64,000 nucleotides of DNA from Octopus vulgaris. Lineage: Eukaryota. The stretch is from NCBI GenBank assembly GCA_951406725.2, contig OX597818.1, positions 66,030,001 through 66,094,000 on the forward strand, read 5' to 3'. The notes beneath the pieces are model-generated. The model searched no databases, had not been told where the DNA came from, and saw nothing but the letters and a program-made list of their open reading frames with translations. Position 1 is the stretch's first letter, and every line of letters begins with the position of its first letter. Shown one piece after another: positions 56,630 through 64,000 of the stretch. Position numbers and translations under genes: made by a program.

Positions 56630-57200
56630 CACCAGGTGTCTGACTGCGTCCGCACGCCGCTGTTATTCCTGACATCCTTGAACAGGACATTAGGCCCAAT
56701 TCAGATGGTTATGTAAAACTAGTGTAGGACATGATCAATCTTGTTTACGGATGGTTGCTGCCAGTAATGCATATGTTTGGCAGCAAGATTCGGCACTCCT
56801 TGCCCTATCGCGGAAAGGGGCCAGAAGTTGTTATCGGAAAATTTCTTCGACGATACCAGCAATTATTTCTTGCGACTTAATTGGTGCGATTGTAATCCCT
56901 TGGTTTCTCTGTGCTGGGTACGTTCGAGGCAGACACCAACCGTTCTGCCTGTATCTCCAATGCTGGTCAAGATCAAGGGGCTCTGGATGTTTGTCCCAGG
57001 AAGACAGCAACAATGGCATTTTCTATATTCTGGAGCCGCCTTCACACCGTGGCGGAACTTACTGGCATCATCTTTGAGTAAATTCAGATCACCTCCAAGC
57101 AATAATCTAATCCATAGTTTTGACTTTGGAAAAATACTTTTTTTTTTTTTCATTTATTTTTTCATTTATTTTTATGCAACATATTAACACCTTTTATCTA
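56630..57200 (+). mobile_element. Tc1/mariner-superfamily transposase fossil
   Basis: AYVWQQDSA...QKLLSENF...DCNPL pattern (WQQDSAP.H / SPD.NPLD), heavily disrupted. Confidence 0.6.
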
Positions 57201-57798
57201 CGAAACGGACTTTCACATAGTTTTCACCTCCCATATTGATTCCGAAGGCATTCACCGTCTTGATTCACCAAGGGGCCAGGCAGAAGCAGTGAATCCGAAA
57301 TCACAAGGTTGCTATTCACACGACTCTAACACATGACTGCCCTGTCGATCAGATCATCTGTAATTAAAACTATCGGGTACACTAAGTAACACATTGTGTA
57401 GAGAATAAACGCTTCGACTAAACAGTGAAGGAGGGATTAAAAAATAATATTTTTCTAGGAACAATAATATAATTTCTTCATATTGTACGTGCGATATTTT
57501 GTTCAAAATTATGTCAAGCATGTGATCCAAGTTATCCTTTGGAACAATGATTAAAAAAAGCAGCCCCGACGTAAATAACGCAGGAATTTCAATATGGTTG
57601 AATATTGTTTATAAAGTGTTGGAAAACGGACGACAATTAAAGAAACAATAGAAAGGGAAAGGTTTGCAAATGAAATATACAATGGCGGATTGATTTCGTT
57701 CATTTTACTTTATAAGGAAAGAAAAGATAACAAAATATGTATATATGTGTGTGTATGTATGTATAAATGGACATATTATTCAGTTTTATAAACATACG

Positions 57799-57855
<57 letters not shown>

Positions 57856-57966
57856 TCTACTTATGCGTTCATATAAATCAATATCTATACTTATCTCTGT
57901 CGCTATGTACATACATATACATATTTATGTGTGTGAATACGCATGCGTTCGTGTTTGTGTATGTAC

Positions 57967-58028
<62 letters not shown>

Positions 58029-58346
58029 GTATGTATGTATTTATGTTTTTGATCAGTTATATTAATACTATGCTATAATATATTAGAATCATTTTCCGAG
58101 AGAGACTCTAGGAACTCAGTCTGAATTTCAATGAGGGTTCGCTCATAATTTTAGCCGAAAGATCAATGGTGGCTATACATAAAAAAATAATTCAATAAGA
58201 TATTTGAGTAGAATACAAATTTTGTCATAAATTCAAAAGTTGACGAAATGAAATCATCGTAATATCGTAAAAGAATTCCTATCTATATCTATTTACCTAT
58301 CTTTGCATGTATGCTTACAAACAGACACACACACACTCACACACAT

Positions 58347-58408
<62 letters not shown>

Positions 58409-61400
58409 TTGAGAATGTTATAGTGATTTATGAATGTAGATATATATGATGTTGAACGTAAAGATTTCTAGATATACTTTCATTTGGAGAATAGCTTTTG
58501 AATTAAAAAAGTAGATCAAAGACTATATGGCAATAAATATAACCATTTTTTTTTCATTTTCATTAGTTTTTTATGATATAAAGTTATCTAGAGAAAATAA
58601 ATATACGCACAATGAAAGGAAATATAAACACCTCATAAATAAAAGACAGCATTTTATAAAATGTCTTCATTTTCGCAATTTGTTTTGTTTGATTTCTGGG
58701 ATGGAATTATAACAGAAATATAGATTTTACGAAACTGCATTGAATGCAATTGACTTAAAATCGTTTTCAATTGACTGTAAAACTAATTATAGAGCAAAAA
58801 AAAAAAAATTGCTACATTTTAGGGTTTCCCCAACGCTACAAAATGAATATTGATTTATAACCCCCACAGTGTTTCCGATCTTGCTCTGTTTTACAAATAT
58901 TTATGTGTAGCTGCTACAATCTGTTTTCTTTAATTCATTGTTTCGTAAAATATGCAATTTGTGCGTGAAATTTCATGAACAATTTGGCAAGGAATTCCGT
59001 GAGCGGTGAATGAAACACTTTAGCGAGCCATTCAGTAATGAATGGCACTAAAGGTTTCAAAAATTTGAAATATTTGCAGAGAAACAATAAAATAAATGTG
59101 ATTTCTCAAGAACTTTCTCTTAGTAGGATTTTAAGCCATGGATCTTATACAAATACATCTCAAATATCATCCTCACCCATCGGCTAAATTTTCTCGTTGT
59201 AGTAATGTTGACAACATTGCTTTTCACTTCTTCACTTTACCTGTCTTTTACAGTCTTATTAAGTTTCTGTCCTCTCTCTCTTTATCTATCTCTGTCTCTC
59301 TCCACCTCTTCCTCCCTCTTTCTCCCTGTCACTGTCTTTCTCTGGCATACTTTGTCTCATTTACTGCTTTATAACTTTGACAGAAATGTTCAGTCATTAT
59401 GTACGTCCTCATGTCACATCACAAACAAATCCACTACTTTATCGGGTTTGCCAATGAAATGTCTACTATTGATTAATACAATGTTATTTCATGTTTTAAA
59501 TTAATGTTATACATGGAATGTTTTGATAGCAAGCGTAATCCAACTAGCAAGAATTCAAAAGAATTCTTAGTATTCTAAGAATTCACTTCAAATACAACCT
59601 CATCCCGAGATTCTGTTGATATATATACAGAAAACATGTAAGACATGTGATAATATTTTTCTTAATCCTCCAAAGCTTTACTCGGTGGAAGCAATTTTAT
59701 TATTGGAAACCATTTCAGATTCCATATCAGAAAGTCGTCAAAGAGAGAATGGCGGCAAAGAAATTAAAAAAATGCGTTTCTGTTGTTTGCGCGTCATGGT
59801 AATCTACAATCCTGCCGTCACTTAATCAAGTGGATGAATGGGGATTAGTGATATATCCCAATGTAGATTAAAACAGAAGAATGAACAGAATAAATAAAAT
59901 GTAATACACGCCTCAATCAGATACTCTCTGTATGTCTATCGTACACACCTTTATATAAGAAAGTCGGTTATTTCATAAAAGTTTCCGTATAGAAGGATTG
60001 CATAATGATTTATTAACTGCAGTTATATTGTTGACGAAATAAAAATAGTTGCACATAATTCAAACGTAGGGAAGCAAAAGTTTTTGTATGATTTATAGAA
60101 AACAATAGGATTCCCTTGAGACAGTAGCTTTTATTTCCTTGTTCAAAACCGTGTTCGAATGGCTGATTGACGCAAATAAACTGATCATAGGACAGTTATA
60201 TAATGCAAGGTTATATGGCCGTTGTTATCCTGACTTCACTCCACTGTATCGTATTTGGGAAAAACTATCGAAAATGGTCGATTTATACAACAAGAAAACT
60301 AAATTTAAGGGATATCTTGGCTTGGAGACAATCATAATGGAAAACGGTGGTGTGTATCCTGAAATGACGCTGCACACCTCCCAACGCATTATATCATAAT
60401 ACGGTACCGGCTTTATGATAGGATAATGGGTGAAGGATAAAGCCGTCGTGGCAAAGGGTATGTAACGACCACTTTCACAGCACGTTTACGCTTCGAGAAA
60501 TTCTAAGTTCAAATAAATTTAAATTTCCAGATGTAAAACTAATTCTTTTTCACAATAAATCTTTTCTTACCGTATCATCATATAAACTTGATCTTAAACT
60601 GTTTTCAAAACTAATAATAAAGTGGTTCGGTCTACAATAAGATTATCGAGAATTTTACATCTGAAAGAAGAAGAATAGAATTTACATATAAGAAATTCAA
60701 GTAAAATTATAGGATTTCTTATAAGTCAGTACGTGCGAATAAGGAAATTATGGGTTCCTTTAGAATGCTTACAATTTATAAGGTATTATTATTTCCGTTT
60801 ACTTCAATGGCAGATATTAATATCCCGATTGAATTAGGCTTACATTATTTACATTTTGCATCCCACAGTTTGAGTAGAAATATGCATAATTTTTCTAATG
60901 TATGCGTAATTTGAGTAATACTGACGTTAGTCATAATATGGTCAAGGTGGCAGCAGCATATCGAATGACAAGAACTACCATACACCAGTGATATATATAT
61001 ATATGTATGTATGTATATAAATTAGCGAAGAACCGACAATGTATCATTTCAATAATGAACTAACAATGAAATAATTAAATTATACCATCTAGAAAAAAAT
61101 AAATATACGATAAAACATACCAATAATTAAGTAAAGTGCAGAATAATAAATAAATAATATATAATTGGTAAAAAGACTAATAATAAAAAATATTATATAT
61201 ATATATATATAACGCAGTGTAGCGTTCATTAACTCCTTACCTGTGGGTAGTTGTATAAATATGTACAAAAAGCTCCCACTTCTTATATCACTGACTCTGT
61301 ACCTTTGATTACACCCTCCTTCTATTTACGCTTGATACAACGTAAATCGTGACAAGCGACATCAGCCAAACTGCCAAACAAGCCACGTTTATATCAAATA

Positions 61401-61762
61401 TGGAAAAATAGCGATTTACCCGCCCCAAATCTTTGTATAAGTAAATCTTCTTTCCTCGTGAATCTGGAAAGAAAGGGAAAAGACACTGAAATAAAAACCA
61501 TCGATAGGAGATACTCAGTATTGTATGGGATAATGTACACGCGACATACCAAGTTTAAAACACAGATCTATACTTATGTGAATCAGCGGTATCAGGCGAC
61601 ATGTGAAATAGTATATCCAATGCTTCAGAAATACAAATAGGTTTCATAGGCGGCATTCATTTCTTACTGATTTTAAACTTTAGGGTGAAAGATAACCATC
61701 CAGCTTTGGCTTATAATCTGCAACATCGAAATTTCGTAACACACAAATGCACTAATTATACT

Positions 61763-61843
<81 letters not shown>

Positions 61844-61875
61844 TTTATTTAAAGCAGCAGAAAATTGAACAAAAT

Positions 61876-61913
61876 CTGTTATTCTGTGTTTCACGTTCCC
61901 GTTCGTCGGACAG
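61876..61913 (-). ncRNA. Minimal hammerhead-like motif, C4 variant, in a probable solo PLE terminus next to (TA)n
   Basis: CUGU CCGACGA ACG GGAA CGU GAAA CAC A GAA UA ACAG; GNRA-capped stem II; stem III looks like a decayed CUC-A-GAG. Confidence 0.55.
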
Positions 61914-62244
61914 TTTTTGCTAGAATAGAAGCGATATGTCAATTCTATCCAGACTTGTATAAACACTACACCTTTAAAACTGGACTTGTTTGATTGGTCC
62001 TTTACAAATAACGCTAACTTTTCGAGCGATAAACAAAAATGAGCTCAAAAGAATATATATATACATATAAAATTATAAAATTCGAGGAAAAAACCTTACA
62101 TCGAATCTTTGGTTAAAATACATATTGTCATTAATAAAGGAAATATAATTAATACATGGAAATTGAAATTAAAATGTTAAAATGCATTAAAATATTACAC
62201 AACAGTACGTATTCATATTAAACTATACATATATACATCAGCAT

Positions 62245-62333
<89 letters not shown>

Positions 62334-62444
62334 CATAAACACACACACGTATAAATATATTCGTTTATTTCTTTATTTGTTTCATCCACGCGGCTGCGGT
62401 CATGCTGGAGCACTACAGTTCTCTTTCTGATTTCCTCAGTCTGG

Positions 62445-62584
62445 GCATCTCAAGTCAACAGCAATTGACCCATTTGGTGTACAAGGGAGTTTGATTCTGA
62501 TGTCCAGGACTGCACCCCATGTCGGGCTGTTGGTTTATCCTGTATTGTAGAGAGGAGGATTTCAAGTTCCTTTGTGAAGACACC

Positions 62585-62588
<4 letters not shown>
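62445..62588 (-). mobile_element. Short LINE 3' fragment
   Basis: VFTKELEILLSTIQDKPT...ESNSLVHQ resembles the FK..LD.FL..VPD.P....NSL end of the 6565 LINE; starts at (TA)n. Confidence 0.55.
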
Positions 62589-62634
<46 letters not shown>

Positions 62635-62638
<4 letters not shown>

Positions 62639-62818
62639 AGAGTATAGGAAAAAAATCAAAAGACGAAGACAGGCGGTGTACAAAACAAACAGATATATTA
62701 GTATAACGCTGAGGAATAGAAAAAGTCTTTTTCTACGCTCTTCTACAGAAAGGGAAACAGAAAAAACAAGGAGAAAAAACAATGTGTGTAGTGGCTAACG
62801 ATCTATCATGGCGATGAC
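62635..62818 (-). mobile_element. Solo PLE 3' terminus (20690 family) with a ~10-nt deletion in the ribozyme
   Basis: Close to 10919-11078 but lacks acgtttcgagc. Confidence 0.8.
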
Positions 62819-62890
62819 CATATGTATATATATATTTAATAATATCAGGGTAAGAGAAAATTTAGAAATGTTCTACTGGCCTAGCGTGTA

Positions 62891-63985
<1,095 letters not shown>

Positions 63986-64000
63986 TATATATATATATAT

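Overview
AT-rich, microsatellite-saturated metazoan non-coding DNA (intergenic or large intron). The repeat content (tRNA-derived SINEs with internal (TA)n/(TG)n tracts, Penelope-like elements, mariners) resembles an octopus/cephalopod genome; this is an inference. I found no host protein-coding exon I can support, and almost all ORF-track entries are translated simple repeats. The window is a patchwork of transposable elements: a young 5'-truncated LINE with an unbroken RT frame (6565-7810), older LINE pieces, three Penelope-like elements (PLEs) with RT/GIY-YIG remnants (15625-18590, 20690-22560, 46135-47290), a PLE family preserved as fold-back palindromes (25275, 34419, 63010), R4/Dong-type fragments in (TAA)n, several mariner/Tc1 fossils, two non-autonomous Helitrons and three SINE families. 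The main signal is about a dozen minimal type-I hammerhead-ribozyme-like motifs in PLE termini from about seven different families. Most carry non-canonical cores (A3-U8, U3-A8, C4, U6 plus an extra A), and several truncation or rearrangement breakpoints fall at the predicted cleavage sites. All folds and alignments were read by eye, and coordinates of decayed repeats are approximate.
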